NCBI GenBank assembly: GCA_943371975.1
Contig: CALRWX020000001.1
Span: 24,725 to 88,724, forward strand
DNA: 64,000 nt
Direction of reading: 5' to 3'
Origin: Pseudanabaena sp. UWO311
GTDB lineage: Bacteria; Cyanobacteriota; Cyanobacteriia; Pseudanabaenales; Pseudanabaenaceae
Below the pieces are notes generated by a model that was not told the DNA's origin, ran no database searches, and worked only from the letters and a program-made list of their open reading frames with translations. Shown piece after piece: positions 1 through 8,807 of the stretch. Positions within the stretch are counted from its first letter, which is position 1, and every line of letters begins with the position of its first letter. The position numbers and the translations under genes were made by a program.

Positions 1-1
1 G

Positions 2-211
2 ACTTCACGGGGTTTAAAGGAAGTTGATTTCCGCGAGATTGCCAATATCATCGCTGATCGCCTCCTCAATCCTGAAAGCGATGCAATTCAAGCAGATTGC
101 ATTACGAGAGTTCAAACTCTATGCGATCGCTTCCCTCTTTATCCTGAACTTGATTATCCTGAACTTGATTATCCTAATCTCACCATCAAAGAACCTGCAT
201 TAGCAGTCTAA
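2..211 (+). CDS. glyA: serine hydroxymethyltransferase, C-terminal fragment (5' end lies outside the window)
   Basis: Frame 2 is open from the window edge to TAA at 209-211. The translation [69 protein letters not shown] follows the SHMT C-terminal pattern (T-R-G-F/L-K-E ... C-x-R-F/Y-P-L/V-Y). Confidence 0.75.
   Translation, partial: TSRGLKEVDFREIANIIADRLLNPESDAIQADCITRVQTLCDRFPLYPELDYPELDYPNLTIKEPALAV
140..176 (+). repeat. in-frame 15-bp tandem duplication (tatcctgaacttgat x2 plus a partial third unit) inside the glyA 3' end
   Basis: Direct reading: units at 140-154 and 155-169 are identical, and 170-176 starts a third. They encode [12 protein letters not shown]. Confidence 0.9.
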
Positions 212-213
212 AT

Positions 214-256
214 CCCAAAAGAGAAAGGAGTGCAAAGTGCTCCTTTCTCTTTTGGG
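214..256 (+). terminator. stem-loop just after the glyA stop
   Basis: cccaaaagagaaaggag (214-230) pairs perfectly with ctcctttctcttttggg (240-256). Its core resembles the hairpin at 28316-28351. Confidence 0.6.
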
Positions 257-434
257 AAAGAATTAGGTAATAAATGGGAGTTGGAGAAAGCAAGAGCGTT
301 GTATATATTTAGAACTTACGCAGAAGAATGAGTAGGGGCAATTCATGTCTCATTTTGTGAATTGCTCGCGCACAAAACACGCCATCCTCTTTGTTTATAA
401 TGTTCGTAGCTGTAAGTTAATTAGCAAATTTAAA

Positions 435-1385
435 ATGACTGTTGCAACTTCAAAGGCTAGCCCAAAGATTGGACTAGCCTCTCGCTTAGTAAATGGCATC
501 TTGTCGATATCGCCTTTATTTAATATTGCCAAACAACGCGCTCGTAAAATGATGATCGAACGGGCCGAGTCGATGGGTGTAAACTGGCGACAAATTGTGG
601 CTGATTTGCAAAAGAAAAATCTTGATGCCGAACTTAACAAAGTCCAAAATCTTCAGATCCAATATCCTGAATATTACATTAAACATTTTCACGCTTACGA
701 AGAAGGGAATCTGGGCTGGCTACCCGCAACGGAAGTAGAAGTTGCTGCCTATGCAGTGCATTCACGAATTTGGAATGATGCTCAGCCTCCAGTCCAAGGT
801 GATGCTCGTCTGCGGCAAAGCTATATTGATATTGTCAAAGAAAAGATCCCGAATCAACCTCAAGACATTCTGGATATCGGTTGTAGTGTGGGCATGAGTA
901 CTTTCGTTCTCCATAATGCTTATCCCGACGCAAAAATTACAGGTTTAGATTTATCACCGCATTTTTTAGCGATCGCTAATTACAACACCAATACTAAGCA
1001 TCCGAAACTTGCGGAAAATGCTCAAGTACAATGGATTCACGCCGCCGCCGAAAACACAGGACTGCCTGATGGTTCCTTTGATTTTGTATCCTGTTTCTTG
1101 CTATTCCATGAGTTGCCTCAAGATGCATCTCGTCAAATTTTGCGAGAAATCCGCCGCATTCTGCGCCCGAATGGTTACTTTACCCTTATGGATATGAATC
1201 CCCGTTCAGATATATATCGCAAAATGCCTCCCTATATTTTGACTTTACTCAAAAGTACCGAGCCTTACCTTGATCAATATTTTTCCTTTGATCTTGAATC
1301 AGAATTAGTCGCCGCAGGTTTTGAAACTCCCAGCATTACTGCAAACTCTCCACGACATCGCACCGTGATTGCTAAAGCACAGTAA
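435..1385 (+). CDS. class I SAM-dependent methyltransferase
   Basis: ORF 345-1385; I prefer the ATG at 435 (MTVATSK...). SAM-binding motif I is DILDIGCSVGMST, with a later acidic-loop and PNGYF segment typical of the Methyltransf_11 type. A TATAAT-like box sits at about 395-400. Confidence 0.8.
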   Translation: MTVATSKASPKIGLASRLVNGILSISPLFNIAKQRARKMMIERAESMGVNWRQIVADLQKKNLDAELNKVQNLQIQYPEYYIKHFHAYEEGNLGWLPATEVEVAAYAVHSRIWNDAQPPVQGDARLRQSYIDIVKEKIPNQPQDILDIGCSVGMSTFVLHNAYPDAKITGLDLSPHFLAIANYNTNTKHPKLAENAQVQWIHAAAENTGLPDGSFDFVSCFLLFHELPQDASRQILREIRRILRPNGYFTLMDMNPRSDIYRKMPPYILTLLKSTEPYLDQYFSFDLESELVAAGFETPSITANSPRHRTVIAKAQ

Positions 1386-1424
1386 AAAATTGATAGCGAG
1401 GCTTTGCCTCGCTATCAATTTTTT
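1384..1424 (+). terminator. rho-independent terminator of the methyltransferase gene
   Basis: aaaaaattgatagcgagg / cctcgctatcaatttttt form a perfect 18-bp stem with loop ctttg and a 3' T-run. It overlaps the stop codon. Confidence 0.8.
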
Positions 1425-1520
1425 ACCGCGTACCCCTTATCTTTAAAAATTATTACAAATATATTATGTATTTTTGTATACTGATAGGTTGAATGGGACA
1501 TACAAAAGGTATTTAATCGC

Positions 1521-3215
1521 GTGAGTCAGCATCCCCTAGAAGAGCTAAATCGCTACGATGCAAAAGCCAATGCCGAATATTACGGTCGTCGCCCTTGGCT
1601 AGCGATTAGTCGTATTTTAAAAATAATTTATTTTGCTTTTAGTTTTGGCTTGGCTTTCGGCTGGGATGTCTTGACTGGCAACACAGTGAGTCAGCCCAAG
1701 CTAGCCGAACAATTACGACGCATCATTACCGACCTTGGCCCGACATATATCAAAGTTGGACAGGCTCTATCGACTCGTCCTGATTTAGTGCGTGTGGATT
1801 TTCTAGAGGAGTTAACTAGACTTCAAGACCAATTACCGCCATTTTCTAATCAGCAAGCTTTTAGGATTATTGAGTCTGAACTAGGCAAACCAGTTAATAG
1901 CGCTTATCGCACTATTTCCAAAGATCCGATCGCGGCGGCAAGTCTAGGGCAAGTCTACAAGGCGACTCTGTATTCAGGTGAAGAAGTTGCAGTGAAAGTG
2001 CAACGCCCCGATCTGATTCCCACCTTGACCCTCGATTTATTTATATTACGTTGGTTTGCAGGATGGTTGGGACCGCTTTTACCTCTAAATCTTGGCAATA
2101 GTCTTGAGGCGATCGTTGATGAGTTTGGACTGAAATTATTTGAAGAAATCGACTACGCCCATGAAGCCACTAACGCTGAAAGGTTTGCTGGATATTTTAA
2201 AAATGATCCTGATGTTAAAGTCCCTTCTATCTATCGTCAGTACAGCACCCATAAAGTCCTGACCCTAGAATGGATTAATGGCATCAAACTCAATGAAATC
2301 GATCAGATCAAATCGGCGGGACTAAATACAGATAATCTTGTTCGCATTGGTGTGATGTCTGGGTTACGTCAATTGCTAGAATTTGGATTTTTCCACGCCG
2401 ATCCTCACCCCGGAAATCTTTTTGCTACCTACGATGGCAAGATGGCATATATAGACTTTGGGATGATGGATCAATTAGATCTGGCTACCAAAGAGCAATT
2501 AGTGGATTCCGTTGTGCATTTGCTCAATAGAGATTATGACGGACTGGGGCAGGACTATGTGAGACTCGGCTTTCTACAACCAGATATTGAGATGAAGCCG
2601 ATTGTGAATGCTCTGGAATCAGTACTAGGTGACATTATGTCGGAGAAGGTGAAGGACTTCAACTTTAAAGTTGTAACCGATCGCTTCTCGAAAGTGATGT
2701 ATGAATATCCTTTCTGCTTGCCTGCTAAGTTTGCGCTGATTATTCGATCTGTGATCACACAGGAAGGAGTTGCCCTTAGCCTCAATCCTGAATTTAGGAT
2801 CGTGCAGGTTGCTTATCCCTATGTGGCACGGCGCTTGCTAACCGATGAATCCGAGAGCTTAAGGTCACGATTATTGGAAGTTCTATTTAAAGACGATCAA
2901 TTCCAATGGTCAAGACTAGAGAATCTATTAGCGATCGCTAAGTCCGATGGTCAGTTTGATATTATTCCTACCGCTAGTATGGGCTTCAAGTTCTTAACTT
3001 CTAAAGATGGAGAATATATCCGCCGTCGCATTTTGTTAGCCCTTACCGAAGACAATCGCCTGCACACAGAGGAACTAATGCGAATCTGGAATATGCTCAG
3101 TGCTGATCTTGAACCTGCAAAATTGTGGGATATGGCAATTAAAACTGTAGCTGGTGTAATGCCCAAGGCGATCGCGGCTGCCCTTCCCTTTGTCGCCTTT
3201 CAGAACGTAAATTAA
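1521..3215 (+). CDS. ABC1/UbiB-family atypical protein kinase
   Basis: 564 aa with a GTG start. Contains LGPTYIKVGQALSTRPD, AAASLGQVYKA, VAVKVQRP and FFHADPHPGN, which are hallmark ABC1 kinase motifs. Confidence 0.9.
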   Translation: MSQHPLEELNRYDAKANAEYYGRRPWLAISRILKIIYFAFSFGLAFGWDVLTGNTVSQPKLAEQLRRIITDLGPTYIKVGQALSTRPDLVRVDFLEELTRLQDQLPPFSNQQAFRIIESELGKPVNSAYRTISKDPIAAASLGQVYKATLYSGEEVAVKVQRPDLIPTLTLDLFILRWFAGWLGPLLPLNLGNSLEAIVDEFGLKLFEEIDYAHEATNAERFAGYFKNDPDVKVPSIYRQYSTHKVLTLEWINGIKLNEIDQIKSAGLNTDNLVRIGVMSGLRQLLEFGFFHADPHPGNLFATYDGKMAYIDFGMMDQLDLATKEQLVDSVVHLLNRDYDGLGQDYVRLGFLQPDIEMKPIVNALESVLGDIMSEKVKDFNFKVVTDRFSKVMYEYPFCLPAKFALIIRSVITQEGVALSLNPEFRIVQVAYPYVARRLLTDESESLRSRLLEVLFKDDQFQWSRLENLLAIAKSDGQFDIIPTASMGFKFLTSKDGEYIRRRILLALTEDNRLHTEELMRIWNMLSADLEPAKLWDMAIKTVAGVMPKAIAAALPFVAFQNVN

Positions 3216-3248
3216 CATCACCCGCGCCTTCGGCGGGGGGATGTTAAT
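3211..3248 (+). terminator. GC-rich imperfect stem-loop after the ABC1 kinase gene
   Basis: attaacatcacccgcgcc ttc ggcggggggatgttaat has one mismatch and one bulge, and no clear T-run. Confidence 0.45.
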
Positions 3249-3324
3249 TAATATTAAAGAAATCCATAAATTATGTTTAGAATCAAGTTAAGCAGTTTAA
3301 AAATGACTTAGGGGCTTACAGCAA

Positions 3325-3384
3325 AATAAAGAACCGATTTTTTGTGGTGCAGCGAAGCCGCACCATAAAAATCGTTTCTTTATT
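3325..3384. repeat. long imperfect hairpin preceded by a TTAGGGGCTTACAGCA box
   Basis: aataaagaaccgattttttgtggtgc ... gcaccataaaaatcgtttctttatt. The upstream box at about 3308-3323 resembles the TTAGGACTTACGCA box seen at 41372 and 54178. Confidence 0.6.
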
Positions 3385-3435
3385 AAATCGCACAACCCTT
3401 ATAGGCTGTTTAGAAAAAATTAGAAAAAGAAACTA

Positions 3436-4920
3436 ATGGGAAAACCGACAGGATTTATTGAGTACCTACGCGAAGCACCAACTGAAATATCACCAAGCGA
3501 TCGCATCAAAAATTGGGATGAATTTCATGTGCATATGCCCGATCAGAATCTGCGTAATCAGGGCGCTCGATGTATGGACTGTGGCACACCATTTTGCCAC
3601 ACAGGCAATTTGATCAGTGGTATGGCAAGCGGATGCCCAATTAATAACCTGATTCCTGAATGGAACGACTTAGTTTATCGTGGACTATGGCGGGAAGCCC
3701 TTGTTCGGTTGCATAAAACTAACAATTTCCCAGAATTTACAGGGCGTGTTTGTCCTGCCCCTTGCGAAGGTTCCTGTGTTCTTGGGATCACTAATCCACC
3801 TGTAACGATCAAAAATATCGAGTATTCAATCATTGACAAGGGATGGGAAGAAGGCTGGATCGTCCCCGAACCACCTGCTAAACGCACAGGAAAAAAGGTT
3901 GCTGTAATTGGTTCAGGTCCTGCAGGATTGAGCGTTGCTGCCCAACTTAACAAAGCTGGTCACTGGGTTACAGTTTATGAACGCGCCGATCGCCCAGGGG
4001 GATTGTTAATGTATGGAATCCCTAACATGAAGTTGGAGAAGGAAAAAGTGGTATTGCGCCGCTTAAATATTCTTGAACAAGAAGGCGTAAAGTTCATTTG
4101 CAATACAGAAATTGGTAAAGATCTGCCTGCGGAAAATTTGCTCAAAGACTTTGATGCTGTAGTGCTTTGTACTGGAGCAACTAAGCCTCGTGATCTTGCG
4201 ATCGAAGGTCGTGAACTTAAAGGTATTCATTTCGCAATGGAATTTTTGACTGCGAATACAAAGGCAGTTCTTAATGGCAAATCAGGGGATGACTTTATTT
4301 CGGCGCAAGGCAAGGATGTTGTGATCATCGGTGGTGGTGACACTGGCACTGACTGCGTTGGCACATCGATTCGTCATGGCTGCACCAGCGTTGTCCAATT
4401 GGAAATTATGCCTAAGCCTCCAGAATCCCGTGCCAAGGACAACCCTTGGCCAGAATGGCCCAAAGTCTACAAAATGGACTACGGACAGGAAGAAGCGAGT
4501 GCTAAGTTTGGTGACGATCCCAGAGCTTACATCACTACAGCGACTAAGATCGAAGGAGACGAAAACGGTCAGGTAAAGGCTGTTCATACCGTGCAGGTGC
4601 AATGGAAGCGTAATGACAAAGGTCAGTTCATTCCTAATCAAGTTGCTGGCACTGAGAAGGTTATCCCTGCCCAAATGGTTTTATTGGCTATGGGTTTCCT
4701 TGGTCCAGAGCAGCCTTTACTAGATTCTCTAGGATTAGAACGCGATCCCCGCAGTAACGTCAAAGCGAATCATGGTCAATTCACTACTAGTCTCCCTAGC
4801 GTTTTTGCCGCAGGAGATTGTCGTCGCGGTCAAAGTCTGATCGTTTGGGCAATTAACGAAGGTCGTGGTGCTGCCCGTGAATGCGATCGCTATCTGATGG
4901 GTGATACAGATTTACCCTAA
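3436..4920 (+). CDS. gltD: glutamate synthase small (beta) subunit, NAD(P)H-dependent
   Basis: 494 aa. N-terminal Cys cluster ([10 protein letters not shown] ... CPAPCEGSC), dinucleotide fold [11 protein letters not shown] and second fold [13 protein letters not shown]. This is the canonical GltD layout. Confidence 0.9.
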   Translation: MGKPTGFIEYLREAPTEISPSDRIKNWDEFHVHMPDQNLRNQGARCMDCGTPFCHTGNLISGMASGCPINNLIPEWNDLVYRGLWREALVRLHKTNNFPEFTGRVCPAPCEGSCVLGITNPPVTIKNIEYSIIDKGWEEGWIVPEPPAKRTGKKVAVIGSGPAGLSVAAQLNKAGHWVTVYERADRPGGLLMYGIPNMKLEKEKVVLRRLNILEQEGVKFICNTEIGKDLPAENLLKDFDAVVLCTGATKPRDLAIEGRELKGIHFAMEFLTANTKAVLNGKSGDDFISAQGKDVVIIGGGDTGTDCVGTSIRHGCTSVVQLEIMPKPPESRAKDNPWPEWPKVYKMDYGQEEASAKFGDDPRAYITTATKIEGDENGQVKAVHTVQVQWKRNDKGQFIPNQVAGTEKVIPAQMVLLAMGFLGPEQPLLDSLGLERDPRSNVKANHGQFTTSLPSVFAAGDCRRGQSLIVWAINEGRGAARECDRYLMGDTDLP

Positions 4921-4933
4921 GCCAATGTATTAA

Positions 4934-4953
4934 CAAGGGGCTTAAGCCCCTTG
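4934..4953 (+). terminator. short GC stem-loop after gltD
   Basis: caaggggc ttaa gccccttg, 14 nt after the stop, with no strong T-run. Confidence 0.5.
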
Positions 4954-4978
4954 CCTGTAATAAATCAAGGAACAAATC

Positions 4979-5200
4979 ATGCCAACCAATGTATCGGTTT
5001 CTCTTGAAACTGTCTATGAAAATCTTAATAAACTCGATCAAGTAGATCTCACCACTAGTGCTGAATATAGAGAGATGGCGCAGGACATTCTTGCTGATTC
5101 TGATATTAATAAGGATGTCCGTGAAGCGATCGCAGATCGACTCAATCAAGCCAATCAACAACTAATTAATACAACTGTTAGCAAAACCGATAGCTATTAA
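4979..5200 (+). CDS. hypothetical small acidic protein (73 aa)
   Basis: An ATG is preceded by aaggaac. The ORF is followed by hairpins at 5216-5295. I recognise no family. Confidence 0.4.
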   Translation: MPTNVSVSLETVYENLNKLDQVDLTTSAEYREMAQDILADSDINKDVREAIADRLNQANQQLINTTVSKTDSY

Positions 5201-5230
5201 AGAGTTAAAAAGAATAGGTGGCGCAAAGCG

Positions 5231-5295
5231 CCTAAATTCTAATCAAAAAGAATTGCTGCGAGTCCCACAGCAATTCTTTTTGATTAGAATTTAGG
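5231..5295. repeat. 65-bp perfect inverted repeat (28-bp arms)
   Basis: cctaaattctaatcaaaaagaattgctg cgagtccca cagcaattctttttgattagaatttagg. Confidence 0.9.
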
Positions 5296-5386
5296 AACTT
5301 ATTTCTTTAGTTGACACTCCTTCTATAAAGCCGTCCTAGAAGGACGGGGTATTTTAAACCCAATTTCCCGATAAGGAGCGAGAATC

Positions 5387-6457
5387 ATGTTGCCAAATCG
5401 ACTTAGTTTAATGGCTGTGATCGTAAGTCTTACATTGCTTGGATGTAGTAAGCCCGAATCGACTAATTCATCACCATCACCTAATAGTTCGGATACCAAT
5501 ACTCCGACATCTAAAACTACTACCTCGTCAACAGCAACTTCGGGAACTTCTAAAGCAAATTCTTCTATATCATCAAATGATTCTGCAAAGGCGATCGCAG
5601 TCGGCAACATCAAAGAACTTGAAGATAATAGTATCTGTAGTAAGACAAAAACAACCTATGCCTATGGAGAAACTTCTAATTATCGAATTTATATATGTGC
5701 AGATGCTAACGCTCCTGAGCGTGCTCGTTATTACATCAGCCGTAATAAAGATGGTAGTGGTGGTTTAGATTTGGAAGCGATGAATTATAATCCTCAAAAA
5801 TCTGGCAAGATTGAATTTAAGAATGATGGATATATCTATACTCTCGAATCGCCAACTACTCAAAATCCTGAACCTACTTTACGTGTAACTTTCCCAAATG
5901 GAAAGCTAAGTGAGGAACAATTATTAAGATATCTTTCCCGATCTAGTGAATCTACCACCGCATCCAGTAGCACAACTACCACAACACCGTTGGAATATGT
6001 TTTACAAAATCGCGAAAATTTAGGAGTTTGTAAAGACAATTTCCGTGCTGAAGATGGAAAAAGAGGTATGGGTTCTAGGGTATTCCAGCTTTCCACTACA
6101 AAATATCTCGTACAAATTCAATGCTCTCTCGCTGCTTATCAAAGTGTGTTGGAATATGTTCTTTGGATTGATGAATCACCTAAGCCTCGCGTAATTCCCC
6201 TTGAATTTGATGTTTTCCAAGAAGGGAAAAATGGCGAAAAGTCTAAGCGAGTGAATGATCGAGCGATTGTTGGTATACCCAGATTTAACGTGCGATCGCA
6301 AACTATAACCAATTTCACTAAGTTTCGCGGCGTAGGAGACTGCGGCTCATCAGCTATTTATAAATTAGAAGGCGATCGCATAGTTTTACAGGAATTTCGA
6401 GCTAAATATGAATGTGATGGGAAATATATTAAAGATTTTCCAGTAGTTTATCCTTAA
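5387..6457 (+). CDS. lipoprotein with S/T-rich linker and multiple conserved-looking Cys (possibly DUF1176-like)
   Basis: Signal peptide plus lipobox (LTLLGC), then an S/T/N-rich low-complexity tract, then a globular part with 6 Cys. The family assignment is from memory only. Confidence 0.65.
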   Translation: MLPNRLSLMAVIVSLTLLGCSKPESTNSSPSPNSSDTNTPTSKTTTSSTATSGTSKANSSISSNDSAKAIAVGNIKELEDNSICSKTKTTYAYGETSNYRIYICADANAPERARYYISRNKDGSGGLDLEAMNYNPQKSGKIEFKNDGYIYTLESPTTQNPEPTLRVTFPNGKLSEEQLLRYLSRSSESTTASSSTTTTTPLEYVLQNRENLGVCKDNFRAEDGKRGMGSRVFQLSTTKYLVQIQCSLAAYQSVLEYVLWIDESPKPRVIPLEFDVFQEGKNGEKSKRVNDRAIVGIPRFNVRSQTITNFTKFRGVGDCGSSAIYKLEGDRIVLQEFRAKYECDGKYIKDFPVVYP

Positions 6458-6523
6458 ACTTTAAAAACGCCACTTCGCTGCAAACTTAAACCCTAGAGTA
6501 TCGTCAGGGTAGCTGACGATACT

Positions 6524-7429
6524 CTAGGCAAATATTATCTCTTCACTACTAGTTTGGAAGTTAGCATCTAACCACACAATCGATATTTTAGTAACTTGCC
6601 CCGATTCTAAAGTAACTATTGAGAAGTTGCGATGTAATCCCTCATTAGTTTTGAGGATTCTCGGTGTCACCGCTGCATTGAGAAAAACTGTTCCCATCTC
6701 ATTAGTTGCGATCGCCTCACGTCTGCGGCTATTATTCAAGCGCAAATGGTGGTGCATATGACCGAAGGTAACTAATGGAATAGATTTACCCATTTGATAA
6801 GATTTAGAAATTGCCTCAGCAAAATCAGGATCTCCATAGTCGCCACCAATGGGTTTCCAATCTTTACCACAAATGGAATATTCTTCTTTGCCTAGCCCGA
6901 AGGGACCATTATGCCCCAGAAAAATAATATTTTCATGCTTAGCATTACCAACAGATTGGATAATCCTGTTAGTGGAATCTGTAAAATGATTTACTTGAAA
7001 GCGATCGCGGTAAAAGAAACTTTTCTTCCACTTTGAGCCGCCCCAGCTAAAGGGGCGCGAACCAACTACAGAGAGATTAAGTTCAGGAAAGTCAAGCCAG
7101 CAATAGCCAACATGACACTTACCTAAAACATCTAATTGCTGTTGAACGCGGTCTTCTTTGATGCGATCGTAAGGGCATTGCTTTTTAGGATGGAGTTTAC
7201 TATAGGGATCGGTGGAGCTATACCAAGCATCGTGATTGCCTAAAATAATTGCTTTTGGTAAGTTTAAATTGGCGATCGCCTTTACGATTTCAATGGACTC
7301 ATTGCCAAAGTCCCCCACAAATAGAACCAAATCAACATTTAATATATGCAGTGCTAATTGATCTTCAATAGGTTGCCATAAATCATGAACATCACCAACT
7401 ACAGCTATTTTGATGGATGATTTGGGCAT
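6524..7429 (-). CDS. metallophosphoesterase (calcineurin-like)
   Basis: Motifs GDVHD, GDFGNE, GNHD and GHMHH. I prefer the ATG at 7427-7429 (MPKSSIKIAVVGDVHD) over the upstream start at 7498. Confidence 0.85.
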   Translation of the reverse strand: MPKSSIKIAVVGDVHDLWQPIEDQLALHILNVDLVLFVGDFGNESIEIVKAIANLNLPKAIILGNHDAWYSSTDPYSKLHPKKQCPYDRIKEDRVQQQLDVLGKCHVGYCWLDFPELNLSVVGSRPFSWGGSKWKKSFFYRDRFQVNHFTDSTNRIIQSVGNAKHENIIFLGHNGPFGLGKEEYSICGKDWKPIGGDYGDPDFAEAISKSYQMGKSIPLVTFGHMHHHLRLNNSRRREAIATNEMGTVFLNAAVTPRILKTNEGLHRNFSIVTLESGQVTKISIVWLDANFQTSSEEIIFA

Positions 7430-7795
7430 AATTTCAAAAACATAAAATACTATAAAGCAATGCGCTAAGCACATTGCTTTATGAGAGTAGTATAGCAATT
7501 ACAGTTTTTCTAGAGGAATTTCATAATCTGATTCAGGTGAAATGAACCTGTCATCATCATGAGGATATGTTCCTCAGGCAAATTCAGGATTTTTTTGATT
7601 TCTAGATGTCGTAACCACGTTCATTATAGAAAGCTTTTGGAACCCTTGCTACCCCTGTCCCACCCCCTCAACCGAAGGATTGAGATATCAAGAGCCAAGA
7701 TACGTTTTGGAAACTTAAAAATTGGCTCTCAAGGGGCTTCCATGTAGGGGGTTAGATTTGAGAACTATGATCAAAATGGTGGCGTGATTTAGGTG

Positions 7796-8797
7796 CTAGA
7801 GGTCGGTTGGCTCGGCTTGCTTTTTGCCAACGACAAAGCTAATTGCCAAGATAATGAGGAAAAGGATTACACCGGCTCCGAAAATGCCTAGGGCTATTTG
7901 CCGCGATGATGAATAAATATCGTATTGGCGACTCTCAACCAGCAGGGCTGTACGGAAATTCGGCAAATACTGATAAACACCTATCACTGGGATTCCTTCG
8001 CTATTTAGATAGTAGTCTTTGCCTGAGTTTCCATCAAGGGCTTTGCGAATACCTACACTATCTAATGGTTTAAACACATAGTCGGGGGGGCTTTGGGTGG
8101 GCGGCGCAATATAGGTTGCCTGGCCTAAGGAGGTGCGAGCCACTAAATAGGATTTTATAGGTGCTGATCCATCCTGAAGAGCTTCTTTGCTCCGGTTAGC
8201 TGGATCGGCAATTTGGTCATTGAGCTTGCGTAGATTGAGATCAATTGCCAGAAAGCCAGCTTTTTGCTCTGGACTTTTGTAGATAGGTAAGGCAACGGAG
8301 ATCGCAGGCAAGCCTGTGGTTGAATTAGTAAAGAAGTTTAGGGGTTTACTTGGCAGTTCTTCCAGACTTAGGCTTGTAGTTGTATTTTTAAGGGGTTGAT
8401 AAGCTGCATATTTATTGTGATCAGTCGAAAAAACAACAATGCCGCCCTTTGTCAGTAAAGATACGCTATTGCGATTTTGTGCATTGCTTGCGAGAATCGC
8501 TTCAAGATCAAGGCTATTGGCCGAATTAATATCTGCAAGACTGTGGCGTTTCGCTTGCAGAATAGTCAGTGAAATCTTCGTCAGTGTGGAATTCAGAAGA
8601 TCTTTTCTGATGTCTTTGACTTCCTCTTGCCACCATCGGTCAATGCTAGCTTGCTTTTCATTCAAGATAGACTGTTGGTTCGCGAGAGCTTTGGCCCCTA
8701 GGGGAACATTGGCAAGAAGGTAGGTGGTTAGGGCGATTACGCTTGATAAGGCCAAGGAGGCGACGGAGAGCTTGATCAAAAAAGAACGATTTTTCAT
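7796..8797 (-). CDS. membrane-anchored double-Cache-like periplasmic sensor domain protein with no cytoplasmic output domain
   Basis: N-terminal TM segment, about 270 aa of extracytoplasmic region with a dCache-like pattern (long helix, GGIVVFSTD, PAISVALPI, GIPVIGVYQYLP...LLVES), a second TM segment, then only an 11-aa tail (VGKKQAEPTDL). Confidence 0.65.
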   Translation of the reverse strand: MKNRSFLIKLSVASLALSSVIALTTYLLANVPLGAKALANQQSILNEKQASIDRWWQEEVKDIRKDLLNSTLTKISLTILQAKRHSLADINSANSLDLEAILASNAQNRNSVSLLTKGGIVVFSTDHNKYAAYQPLKNTTTSLSLEELPSKPLNFFTNSTTGLPAISVALPIYKSPEQKAGFLAIDLNLRKLNDQIADPANRSKEALQDGSAPIKSYLVARTSLGQATYIAPPTQSPPDYVFKPLDSVGIRKALDGNSGKDYYLNSEGIPVIGVYQYLPNFRTALLVESRQYDIYSSSRQIALGIFGAGVILFLIILAISFVVGKKQAEPTDL

Positions 8798-8807
8798 GGT
8801 TCAGATT

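Noticed and set aside
345-434. N-terminal extensions offered by the ORF track (also 7430-7498, 26659-26685, 29762-29878, 33308-33319, 49357-49368, 52103-52168)
   Set aside because: The extensions are hydrophobic or odd in sequence, or start at non-ATG codons. Internal ATGs align with the conserved N-termini of the respective families.
7499-7795. Remnant of a kinase/HAMP output module downstream of the dCache ORF
   Set aside because: I translated the minus strand. Only a short stop-bounded stretch without an ATG (…HDDDRFISPESDYEIPLEKL*) is open, and it contains no kinase or HAMP motifs.
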